Position numbers and translations under genes: made by a program. A model generated the notes under the pieces. That model searched no databases and was not told the origin of the DNA. It saw only the letters and a program-made list of their open reading frames with translations. From contig NZ_FUWK01000017.1 of NCBI RefSeq assembly GCF_900167395.1, positions 15,411 to 47,410 on the forward strand: a stretch of DNA of 32,000 nt, read 5' to 3'. The stretch comes from Nitrosomonas europaea (GTDB lineage Bacteria > Pseudomonadota > Gammaproteobacteria > Burkholderiales > Nitrosomonadaceae). Positions 24,273 through 31,762 of the stretch are shown here, piece after piece. Positions within the stretch are counted from its first letter, which is position 1, and each line of letters starts with the position of its first letter.

Positions 24273-25718
24273 TTATTCACCGATCTTTGGCAGATTCGCC
24301 AGTTGTTGCTGCAAATAGTTACTGGTCTGGTTCATGCTGGCAATCATCGTATCCAGCGCGGTGAACTGCGCGCGCAGGCGTTTTTCCACACTTTCCAGCC
24401 GGAATTCCAACGCTTCACGCTGTTTGCCGATTCCTTTGATCGTACTGTTGATGCCATCCATGCGGCTGCTGATCAAGCCATCGCTGCGAGTCATGCCATC
24501 GATCAGCTCACTCAATCGGGAAGCGAAACCTTCGACAGAGGTTGTGTCATCTCCTCCCTGGGTAGTGAAAAACGCCGCAATATTCTTGTCCGGATTATTC
24601 AGCACGGCGCTCAGTTTGTTGTTATCCAGCGCCAGTGTGCCATCCTTCTGAAAGCTGATACCCAGCTCGGACAGCGAGTTGATTCCGCCGGCAGCGGATT
24701 GATTGCCGCCCAGCATGGCGCGCATCCGGTTTTGTATCATGCGCATGGTGGAATCCCCGGTCAGCACCGATGCCTGCTTGTTGGCCGCATCGTAACGGGA
24801 AAGATTGCCGATCGTTTTTTCCAGATCGTTATACGCTTTTACAAACGCATTGACTGCTGCCTCAACGTTGCTTTTGTCCTTCTCCACTGTCAGCGTGGTC
24901 GTTGTGCCAGGGTTGGCCTTGAGCAGGTTGAACGTCACCCCTTCCAGCGCATCGTTGATGGTATTGGATGACTTCGTCACTGGAATGCCGTCGATCACCA
25001 TGACTGCATTTCTGGCTGCTACGGTTTCGGTCATGTTGCTGACGCCGCCAGTCGAAGCATCAAATGCCAGCTTCGATAACCCGGCGTTATCCGTGTGGTT
25101 GCCATCGGTATCGTTCACGCTGATCTTCAGCGCATTGGCCAGCCCGCTATCTTTGGAAGAAATCACCAGCCGGTTGCCGCTGCCATCGTTGACGATACTG
25201 GCTGTCACCCCCGCATTCGCTTCGTTGATGGCACTGCGAATATCTGCCAGGGTCGATTTGGCCGGGTCGATCGTGATGGTTTTGGCTGTTTTCTCTGCAT
25301 TGGCGGTAAACGTGCCATCTTCGTTATATGTGCCGAATTCGATTGTCAGTGTGCCGCTGCCGATCACGGTATCGGTGGTAGCAAATGCTTCTGACTTGAT
25401 TTTCTGCGCTTGCGCCAGTGATTGCACTTCGATGTCATGCGTGCCGGCCGAAGCACTGGATGAAGTGCTTACCGTGGCTGCAGTCGTATCTGCCAGTGTG
25501 GCTTTGTAGCCATTGAACAGCGCAGGTTTGGCCAGCGCCTTCACACTGTCCTGAAACGTTGAGAGCACGCTTTTCAGGCTGCCAAAGGCAGAGAGCTGCG
25601 CCTGCTGTTTTGCTTCCTTGGTGTTGAGCTGCGTCAGTGGCTGCTGCTCGATCTCCATCAGTTTACTGATGATTCCGCTGACATCCAGTCCTGAGCCGAT
25701 TCCCGGTGCTGAAATCAT
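24273..25718 (-). CDS. fliD: Flagellar filament capping protein FliD (HAP2)
   Basis: 481 aa; N-terminal SAPGIGSGLDVSGIISKLMEIEQQPL and C-terminal coiled-coil RLRAQFTALDTMIASMNQTSNYLQQQL. Confidence 0.92.
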   Translation of the reverse strand: MISAPGIGSGLDVSGIISKLMEIEQQPLTQLNTKEAKQQAQLSAFGSLKSVLSTFQDSVKALAKPALFNGYKATLADTTAATVSTSSSASAGTHDIEVQSLAQAQKIKSEAFATTDTVIGSGTLTIEFGTYNEDGTFTANAEKTAKTITIDPAKSTLADIRSAINEANAGVTASIVNDGSGNRLVISSKDSGLANALKISVNDTDGNHTDNAGLSKLAFDASTGGVSNMTETVAARNAVMVIDGIPVTKSSNTINDALEGVTFNLLKANPGTTTTLTVEKDKSNVEAAVNAFVKAYNDLEKTIGNLSRYDAANKQASVLTGDSTMRMIQNRMRAMLGGNQSAAGGINSLSELGISFQKDGTLALDNNKLSAVLNNPDKNIAAFFTTQGGDDTTSVEGFASRLSELIDGMTRSDGLISSRMDGINSTIKGIGKQREALEFRLESVEKRLRAQFTALDTMIASMNQTSNYLQQQLANLPKIGE

Positions 25719-25774
25719 GATGTGTTTCCTCTTCCCTGTCTGTGGGTGAAATTATTTATTACCTGTTGTTTCTG

Positions 25775-25801
25775 TTTACGGCTGGACAGCGGTGAACTTT
25801 G
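25775..25801 (-). promoter_or_regulatory. Candidate sigma-28 (FliA) promoter for fliD
   Basis: Minus strand reads CAAA-N15-GCCGTAAA, versus consensus TAAA-N15-GCCGATAA, about 55 nt upstream of the fliD ATG. Confidence 0.4.
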
Positions 25802-25880
25802 AGAAATAGTGTGAAAATAATCAAATAACCGGAAAGGCTCTGGAGAGCGGCGTGAGTTGCAACAATTTTGCAGCATTTTC

Positions 25881-26237
25881 TCAGGCCTGGCCGTTGAACA
25901 GCAATCCCTGTATCTTTCCCAGCGCGCTGGCAATCTTGATTGCTTCTTCCGAAGGCATCTGCCGAATGACTTCCTGTGTTTGCGCATCAACAATCTTGAC
26001 CACGGTTTTGCCGGTATCTTCGTCGATCGAAAATTTCAGGTTCTGCGTTAATGCTTGTGTGAACTGCTGAATCTGATTTACCGCCTCTTTCACCTGTTCC
26101 GGTTTGATGTCGCTGGTTTCAGCCGGAGGCTGGGCAGCAGGCGCCATCTCGCGCTCTCCTGTCCGGGCGGCAGGCATTGCCGGCTGAACGGGTGCTGTAG
26201 CCTGAAATAGTTCAGCAGTTACTGCGTTGATATTCAT
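25881..26237 (-). CDS. flaG: Flagellar protein FlaG
   Basis: 118 aa; C-terminal LKFSIDEDTGKTVVKIVDAQTQEVIRQMPSEEAI is the FlaG signature. Lies between fliC and fliD. Confidence 0.85.
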   Translation of the reverse strand: MNINAVTAELFQATAPVQPAMPAARTGEREMAPAAQPPAETSDIKPEQVKEAVNQIQQFTQALTQNLKFSIDEDTGKTVVKIVDAQTQEVIRQMPSEEAIKIASALGKIQGLLFNGQA

Positions 26238-26285
26238 GTCAATCTCCTTTTAATCTACCTGATCAGTTTTTGCCTGGCTGACTTA

Positions 26286-26400
26286 TCATCGCGATGACGA
26301 GGGGTACTGTCTTGCGAGGCGGTTGTAAACCGCCGTGGCAATCCAGTCAGTTACCAGAGTGCTGGATTGCCACGTCATGTTGTTCCTCGCGATGACGAAC
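26286..26400. repeat. Compound palindromic (REP-like) element in the fliC-flaG spacer
   Basis: 12-bp palindrome TCATCGCGATGA (26286-26297). 7-bp stem GGCGGTT/AACCGCC (26318-26334). Perfect 12-bp stem GTGGCAATCCAG/CTGGATTGCCAC (26335-26373, 15-nt loop). Flanking direct repeat TCGCGATGACGA (26289-26300 and 26387-26398). Confidence 0.55.
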
Positions 26401-26407
26401 GCAGTGC

Positions 26408-27235
26408 TTATCTCAACAGCGACAACACATTGTTCGGCAATGCATTGGCTTGTGACAGCATGGCCACCCCGGCTTGCTGCAGGATCTGCGCACGAGTCAG
26501 TGCAGCGGTTTCAGCAGCGAAGTCTGCGTCCTGAATCCGGCTGCGGGAAGCAGACAGATTTTCAGCTGAAGTTTGCAGATTGGCTATTGCAGAACTAAAA
26601 CGATTCTGGATAGCACCCAAATCTGCACGAGTGCTATTGACGATTTTGAGGGCGTCATCTATGGTTGTAATTACACTCGCAGCAGCAGTACCATCAGTAC
26701 CAGTAATATCAACGCTATCGACACTTAATCCGCTCGCTGTAACATCAGCTATATCGGTAAAATCGATAGTTTCACCTTCATTGGCTCCCACTTGGAATAT
26801 CTGACTTGCGAAGGAGCCATCCAGCAGCTTGGTACCGTTAAAACTGGTCTGCTCACCCACGCGTTGAATTTCATCAATCAACTGGGTGACTTCTTTTTGT
26901 AGCGCTTCACGATCATCTTCTGAATTGGTGGCATTAGCCGATTGCACTGCCAGCTCGCGAATACGCTGTAAGTTATTGCCAATTTCGACCAGTGCGCCTT
27001 CAGCCGTTTGTGCTAGTGAAATACCATCATTGGCATTACGCGCAGCCTGGTTCATACCCCGGATTTGTGAGGTCATGCGCTCGGAAATCGCGAGCCCGGC
27101 AGCATCATCCTTGGCGCTGTTGATGCGCAAGCCGCTGGATAAACGCTGCAAGGCGGTGCTCAATGAGTTCTGGGATACATTCAGGTTACGTTGTGCATTG
27201 AGTGACGCAATGTTGGTATTGATAACTTGTGGCAT
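26408..27235 (-). CDS. fliC: Flagellin (short form, 275 aa)
   Basis: [19 protein letters not shown]...[24 protein letters not shown]-terminus and ...[36 protein letters not shown]-terminus. Central region is only about 60-70 aa. Confidence 0.95.
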   Translation of the reverse strand: MPQVINTNIASLNAQRNLNVSQNSLSTALQRLSSGLRINSAKDDAAGLAISERMTSQIRGMNQAARNANDGISLAQTAEGALVEIGNNLQRIRELAVQSANATNSEDDREALQKEVTQLIDEIQRVGEQTSFNGTKLLDGSFASQIFQVGANEGETIDFTDIADVTASGLSVDSVDITGTDGTAAASVITTIDDALKIVNSTRADLGAIQNRFSSAIANLQTSAENLSASRSRIQDADFAAETAALTRAQILQQAGVAMLSQANALPNNVLSLLR

Positions 27236-27356
27236 TTCAGTTTCTCCTTCAGAGTGGTACTACTTTTTAAAGTGTTGTGGCGCCTGTGCCACCGACGTTT
27301 TCCGGCTCTGATCTGCTTTCAGTGTTTGCAGAATTTTCAACCGCCGTTGAGAGCAG

Positions 27357-27383
27357 TAAACGGACAACCCGGGGAAAGGTTTA
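27357..27383 (-). promoter_or_regulatory. Candidate sigma-28 promoter for fliC
   Basis: Minus strand TAAA-N15-TCCGTTTA (5/8 match to GCCGATAA in the -10 element), about 120 nt upstream of the fliC ATG. Confidence 0.3.
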
Positions 27384-27780
27384 GCAAAATAAGCAGGGAA
27401 AACAGGTTTTCTTTTTTAAACAATGAAGGCGGGAACTGAAAGGGAAATTGGCGGTTGTTTGAGCGTTTGACTGAAAGCCACGTCTTTGCGAACGCGCAGC
27501 GCGAAGTAAACTGCGCCATGAACCGGTCGGTGAACAAGCCCGGCTCCGGGTTCTCTGGAAACAGCTTTTTGTGATTTTCCCTGAATCGGGCGGAAAGTCC
27601 GGTGTCTTTACCGGGAAATGCTGACGTCGGTGGACGTGCTGCTTTGTCAGTGGATTGGGTTTACACGATTATATCTTCGTTGCCAGTCCCATCTTCGTTG
27701 TCTGACTACTATCGTATAAATTTACGTTATGCGCTATTCTGCATTTCTTTATGAAAGTATTACAGTCGGATAAAGCAATC

Positions 27781-27993
27781 ATGATGAATAGAAAGCTCAC
27801 CGAATTGCCAATTGACGAGCGCATACAGCTTGTTGAGGATTTATGGGATAGCATCGCGTCTGATCAAAAGATGCTGCGACTTACCACTGAACAAAAGGCT
27901 GAACTCGATAGACGTCTAAACGCCTATGAAGTCGATAAAAACCCAGGCCGATCAGCGTTGGAGGCTATCGCAGAAATTCGGCGTAATTTGTGA
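27781..27993 (+). CDS. Antitoxin, 'putative addiction module component' type, partner of ParE
   Basis: LTELPIDERIQLVEDLWDSIASD...LTTEQKAELDRRLNAYEVDKNPGRS is the characteristic pattern of this antitoxin family. Stop overlaps the toxin GTG (GTGA). ORF could also start at 27751. Confidence 0.8.
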   Translation: MMNRKLTELPIDERIQLVEDLWDSIASDQKMLRLTTEQKAELDRRLNAYEVDKNPGRSALEAIAEIRRNL

Positions 27994-28286
27994 CCTGTGA
28001 AGTTCGACTCCGGCCGGAAGCAGAGCAGGATCTGGCAGATGCGGCGGCTTGGTATGAAGAGCAGCGGCAAGGACTGGGTCACAAATTTCTCGATGAAGTG
28101 ACGACAACGTTATCGAATATTGCAGAAACCCCGCTGGCATACCCGAATGTTCATCGCGGTACAAGACGCGCAGTTATCAGACGGTTTCCTTTTGGTATCT
28201 ATTTTCAAGTAAAGAAAGCAACAATCATCGTGGTTGCGGTAATGCATGGCAGCCGAAATCCGCATCAGTGGAAAAGTCGAACATAA
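27990..28286 (+). CDS. parE: ParE/RelE-family toxin
   Basis: 98 aa; RLRPEAEQDLADAAAWYEEQRQGLGHKFLDEV...RRFPFGIYFQVKKATIIVVAVMHGSRNP is the typical ParE plasmid-stabilisation toxin layout. Confidence 0.85.
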   Translation: MTCEVRLRPEAEQDLADAAAWYEEQRQGLGHKFLDEVTTTLSNIAETPLAYPNVHRGTRRAVIRRFPFGIYFQVKKATIIVVAVMHGSRNPHQWKSRT

Positions 28287-28354
28287 CGTTAAGGCTATGT
28301 CGTGACTGCAAAGCAAACCACGCTATGAGCCGGTTGTTGAATGCACATAGTTGG

Positions 28355-28430
28355 GGTCAGGTCTGGTATCAAGAAAATAAGTACAGCAAGCGTTATTGAT
28401 TCTGGATCTGCCCCTTTGATTGCTTGATTT
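28355..28430. repeat. Island repeat, copy 1 (40-nt core 28368-28407)
   Basis: Core ATCAAGAAAATAAGTACAGCAAGCGTTATTGATTCTGGAT is 36/40 identical to 30638-30677, with weaker flanking similarity. Confidence 0.6.
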
Positions 28431-28583
28431 GAGCGAAGTGATCACAACCCCATGCAATTTTCTGAAGCGCCAAACCACCGGACTGAACCACAAAGCCCAT
28501 CCTGTTTGGTGTTTTAGCCGGAATACGATGCACCTAGACGGGGATTTTATGTATGACCCCAACTATGTGAAGCGCCGTGGTAC

Positions 28584-28772
28584 GTGATCCGTATGCCCGT
28601 GGTGTGGGAGGAGAAAATTCAAGGTGCCTTCCTATCCCGATTAGGCGCGCGGTTTCTGGATGAAATCGAGCAGTCATTTGACCGCATTGCGCTTGATCCA
28701 TACTTGTACGGTATGAGTATCGCCAGAATCTTCGCCAGATCATTGGGCAACCGCTTTTCCACTATTACCTGA
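28584..28772 (+). pseudogene. Probable ParE-toxin relic
   Basis: RFLDEIEQSFDRIALDPYLY parallels KFLDEVTTTLSNIAETPLAY of the intact ParE at 27990-28286. N- and C-terminal toxin motifs are absent and there is no antitoxin partner. Confidence 0.35.
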
Positions 28773-28821
28773 TTTCATCGGTTTAGCCTATAACTTGCCC
28801 GGCCAGGAGGTTGACTATACA

Positions 28822-28842
28822 ATGGAACCATTATGGTTCCAT
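28822..28842. promoter_or_regulatory. Perfect palindrome, probable VapB operator
   Basis: ATGGAACCAT-T-ATGGTTCCAT (10-bp arms, 1-nt centre), 26 nt upstream of the vapB ATG and next to TTGACT / TATACAAT-like promoter hexamers. Confidence 0.5.
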
Positions 28843-28867
28843 TTCAATTGGAAAACTTAGAAACGCC

Positions 28868-29113
28868 ATGCCTACAACCTTAACACTGAAAAATATTCCG
28901 GATGATGTGTACGAACGGCTCAAAGTTGCCGCAGAAATGCACCGCCGCAGCCTCAACAGTGAAATCATTGTGTGCCTTGAGACCGTGCTCATGCCAACCA
29001 GAATCTCCCCCGGCGAACGACTGGAGCGCGCCCGTCAGTTACGGGCTGGGCTGAACTCCGAAAAATTTCAGGCATGCGATATTGACGTTATGAAAAGACA
29101 GGGGCGCCCATGA
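28868..29113 (+). CDS. vapB: VapB-type antitoxin (ribbon-helix-helix, FitA/Arc-like)
   Basis: MPTTLTLKNIPDDVYERLKVAAEMHRRSLNSEIIVCLE is a typical RHH antitoxin N-terminus. Stop overlaps the vapC ATG (ATGA). Confidence 0.8.
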   Translation: MPTTLTLKNIPDDVYERLKVAAEMHRRSLNSEIIVCLETVLMPTRISPGERLERARQLRAGLNSEKFQACDIDVMKRQGRP

Positions 29114-29517
29114 TTGTCGTGGATTCAAATGTACTGGCTTATTTTTATCTGCCCGGCGAATACACCGCCGCTGCAGAAGCCTTGTTTGAACATGATCCTG
29201 ATTGGGTAGCACCAGTTTTGTGGCGAAGTGAGTTTCGAAACATTCTGGCCGGGTATCTCAGGCGCGGAAGCCTGACATTCTTGCAGGCATATAATCTCCA
29301 GTGTGAGGCAGAGGATTTACTCGCTGGCGCTGAGTATGAAGTGAATTCATTCAGTATTCTGGAGTTGGTGCGTGACAGCGAATGCTCAGCTCATGACTGC
29401 GAATTTGTTGCACTGGCAATAAAGCTGGGTGCGAAGCTGGTAACGATGGACGGTAAATTGCTAAGGATGTTTCCAGATATCGCATTCGCACTCTCTGCGA
29501 GTCAACGTAGCAGCTAA
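29110..29517 (+). CDS. vapC: VapC PIN-domain toxin
   Basis: MIVVDSNVLAYFYL (first acidic PIN residue), internal E and D residues, and C-terminal LVTMDGKLL. 135 aa. Confidence 0.88.
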   Translation: MIVVDSNVLAYFYLPGEYTAAAEALFEHDPDWVAPVLWRSEFRNILAGYLRRGSLTFLQAYNLQCEAEDLLAGAEYEVNSFSILELVRDSECSAHDCEFVALAIKLGAKLVTMDGKLLRMFPDIAFALSASQRSS

Positions 29518-29680
29518 AAAACCGGTTTATCACCTCGATATCGTTGAAAATAATGGGAGATATCCGTCAAGATCAAGCAAGCGGCGATGACTCCGCCTGT
29601 CGCCCTGGAAGAACGTTGGATGAGGTGCTCAAGGTCCATGCCGAGGCACACTGGATATCGAAACTCTGGAGGTTGAGGTC

Positions 29681-29902
29681 ATGAAAGTCCATTCACTCTC
29701 TGAGGCCCGGCAAAACTTTGCTGCAGTGCTCGACAATGCTCAGAAGGAGGGTGCGGTTCGGATCATGCGTCGTGATGGGAGAATCTTTATTATCCAGCCG
29801 GTGGGGGATAGCTCTTCGCCGTTGGCGGTAGAAGCTGTACCGCTCGATCTGAGTCAGCGTGAGATCGTTTCTGCGGTTCGTGAGGGACGAGAAAGAGATT
29901 GA
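29681..29902 (+). CDS. Phd/YefM-like antitoxin without an intact adjacent toxin
   Basis: MKVHSLSEARQNFAAVLDNAQKEGAVRIMRRDGRIFIIQPV is a Phd/YefM-like N-terminus. Good SD (GGAGG). No ORF of toxin size follows. Confidence 0.7.
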   Translation: MKVHSLSEARQNFAAVLDNAQKEGAVRIMRRDGRIFIIQPVGDSSSPLAVEAVPLDLSQREIVSAVREGRERD

Positions 29903-30113
29903 GTAATAATAGGGGGCACCCGTTAGCCGGCTGGAGTCAGGTGAGTAAAGGAATCCATGGCGGTGCGAGCCGCCCGGTTTTGGAACATGCTCTCCGTTTG
30001 CAGTAGCCGATTACACCCGTTTCTTCAAATCATGGCTGCGATGAATCGCGCCAAGACACCTATTGGGATCAACCCACCAGAATTAAGCGAGCGGTGATGA
30101 TGACGAAGGCATT

Positions 30114-30197
30114 GGATTGCTTCACCAGCTTCGCCGTTTCGTAATGACAGTGAGAGACTAGGTTGCTGCGTCGGTCTGCAGCCTCCTCACAAGGACA
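30114..30197. repeat. Two tandem degenerate half-units related to the arms of the 26286-26400 palindromic element
   Basis: GGATTGCTTCACCAGCTTCGCCGTTTCGTAATGACA (30114-30149) and GGTTGCTGCGTCGGTCTGCAGCCTCCTCACAAGGACA (30161-30197) share the GGATTGC...TCGYRATGAC / CCTCRCAAGACA pattern of both arms at 26311-26398. Similarity is modest. Confidence 0.35.
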
Positions 30198-30297
30198 GCC
30201 ATTTTGTCATCATGATATGCCAAAAGCACAAAGCAATCTAACCCCTGGATTCAATCTTTCTACATTTGTAGTAATTCCATTCCCAAATCAAAAATGA

Positions 30298-30526
30298 CAC
30301 GATAATGTAGCGCGGGATGTCGATGCTGCGATTGAGGTTGTGGCAGCCAGGCCGGCAATAGGTGAGCGCAAAAAAGGAGATCTGGCGGAGGCTCCTGGTC
30401 TATAAATTCCACAGCCAGGATCAATTATATCTGCTCAGCTACAGTATCGATGAGGCTGTGTATCTGGTGTATCTCGAAGCAATCGGATCGCACGAAAATT
30501 TCTATCGCGATCTCAAGCATTCGTAA
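30298..30526 (+). pseudogene. Truncated, frameshifted RelE/ParE-family toxin
   Basis: Frame 1 gives ...AIEVVAARPAIGERKKGDLAEAPGL* (stop 30403). The shifted frame continues YKFHSQDQLYLLSYSIDEAVYLVYLEAIGSHENFYRDLKHS*, together a RelE-type toxin lacking about 15 N-terminal residues. An in-frame TGA lies at 30295. Confidence 0.5.
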
Positions 30527-30624
30527 GGAAAGCGGGAAACAATAGGAGAGAGACCACGGTTTCCTGACTGGCTTGCCGCTTTATTCTGACGAGAACAGTT
30601 ATGCTGCGCTGCCCGCATGATCGA

Positions 30625-30700
30625 GGTCAAGTCGTGAATCAAGAAAATAAGTATAACAAGCGTCATCGATTCTGGATTTTTGACTTGTTGATTTGCTGAT
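30625..30700. repeat. Island repeat, copy 2 (40-nt core 30638-30677)
   Basis: See copy 1; 36/40 identity in the core. Confidence 0.6.
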
Positions 30701-30871
30701 AATTCGGGTTGTCGTCATCAAATGATTCTGGAGTAACGGGTGGCGAGCGAAGACATAAGCCTGAAAAGTCAGCGCTCCCTTTGGATCACTCAGTAGATGG
30801 GACATAAAGATTGGAGGCAGATCTGAGAAATCTATGAGTGTGGGATTCCTTTATCGAATTAATAGTCAAAA

Positions 30872-30884
30872 TCCCATAATGGGA
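30872..30884. promoter_or_regulatory. Palindrome upstream of higB (possible HigA operator)
   Basis: TCCCAT-A-ATGGGA ends 13 nt before the higB ATG. Flanked by a direct repeat ATTCCTTTAT (30845-30854 and 30889-30898). Confidence 0.35.
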
Positions 30885-30897
30885 CTAATATTCCTTT

Positions 30898-31200
30898 ATG
30901 AGAGTAATTGCTTTGTCTACGTTGAAGGTGTTTTGGGAAAACGACTCGTCTCGTGCAGATGCAATTCAACCAACGCTTGCATGGCACAGACATGCACTGA
31001 AGGCTGACTGGTCATTACCTGCGGAGGTCAAAGCAGACTTCAAGAATGCCAGTATCCTTAAAGATGGCAGGGCGGTATTCAATATTGCCGGAAACAAATA
31101 TCGGTTGGTGGTATGGATTAATTACCCTTATAAAATTGTGTATATCCGATTTATAGGCACCCATGCCCAATATGATCGGATCGATGCGCAAACTATCTGA
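30898..31200 (+). CDS. higB: HigB-family mRNA interferase toxin
   Basis: 100 aa; WHRHALKADWSLPAEVKADFKNASILKDGRAVFNIAGNKYRLVVWINYPYKIVYIRFIGTHAQYDRIDA is the HigB_toxin family pattern. Toxin-first order as in higBA. Confidence 0.85.
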   Translation: MRVIALSTLKVFWENDSSRADAIQPTLAWHRHALKADWSLPAEVKADFKNASILKDGRAVFNIAGNKYRLVVWINYPYKIVYIRFIGTHAQYDRIDAQTI

Positions 31201-31204
31201 TTCA

Positions 31205-31588
31205 ATGGAGAAGACCATGGATATCAAACCAATCAGAACAGACACCGACTACCGCACAGCACTAAAGGAAGTCGAAATGCTTATGACTGCAGAACCCAAC
31301 ACACCCGAAGGTGACAAACTGGATATTCTGGTAACACTGATCGAAGCCTACGAACAAAAACATTTCCCACTTGATCTGCCTGATCCTGTTGAAGCCATCA
31401 AATTTGAAATGGAACAGAAAGGCCTGACTGTAAAAGATCTGGAACCCATGATTGGAAAAAGTAATCGCGTATACGAAGTTCTAAACCGCAAACGTTCCCT
31501 GACACTCAGAATGATTCAGAGACTTCACCATGAGCTGGGTATCCCTGCTGAATCTTTAATAAAACGATCTTCATATACACACATTTAG
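31205..31588 (+). CDS. higA: HigA-family antitoxin (HTH, XRE-type)
   Basis: IKPIRTDTDYRTALKEVEMLMTAEPNTPEGDKLDILVTLIEAYE N-terminal domain and C-terminal HTH (GKSNRVYEVLNRKRSLTLRMIQRLHHELGIPAESL). Start at ATG 31205 or 31217, just after the higB stop. Confidence 0.85.
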   Translation: MEKTMDIKPIRTDTDYRTALKEVEMLMTAEPNTPEGDKLDILVTLIEAYEQKHFPLDLPDPVEAIKFEMEQKGLTVKDLEPMIGKSNRVYEVLNRKRSLTLRMIQRLHHELGIPAESLIKRSSYTHI

Positions 31589-31762
31589 TTTTTTATGGTG
31601 CTCTGACCAATAGGTTAAATAAATAAGAATTTTAATTTCTGTTTTTGTTATCACGTTCTTTGCTATCTTAAGAATTATTAAGGCAAATCGACATTTACGG
31701 ATTTCCAACATCTATAATTTTTGCTTTACTGAAAGAGGTTTAACATTTTCAGTGAGGAATGT

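Noticed and set aside
24249-25509. Plus-strand ORFs of 240, 105, 234 and 99 aa across the fliD region
   Set aside because: They are antisense shadows of fliD. The low-complexity Ser/Ala/Val-rich translations reflect the repetitive fliD codons.
27337-27700. Possible gene or RNA in the 500-nt region upstream of fliC (66-aa minus ORF)
   Set aside because: No frame has protein-like composition or motifs. It probably holds only the fliC promoter and leader plus spacer.
28323-28562. 79-aa minus-strand ORF (and 30599-30805, 68 aa) as possible paralogous genes
   Set aside because: Similarity is confined to about 17 C-terminal residues covering the 40-nt repeat core. The remainder is unrelated, rich in W, C and R, and lacks RBS context. 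I reported them as a repeat instead, and coding-relic status remains possible.
29553-29684. 43-codon ORF ending in ATGA overlap with the Phd-like antitoxin start
   Set aside because: It has no recognisable family or clear RBS. It may be a relic of a previous cassette, and the evidence is too thin to list it as a gene.
27700-31600. Chromosomal integron cassette array hypothesis for the TA patch
   Set aside because: I looked for attC-type boundaries (RYYYAAC ... GTTRRRY inverted cores) between modules and found no convincing pairs. No intI gene lies in the window.
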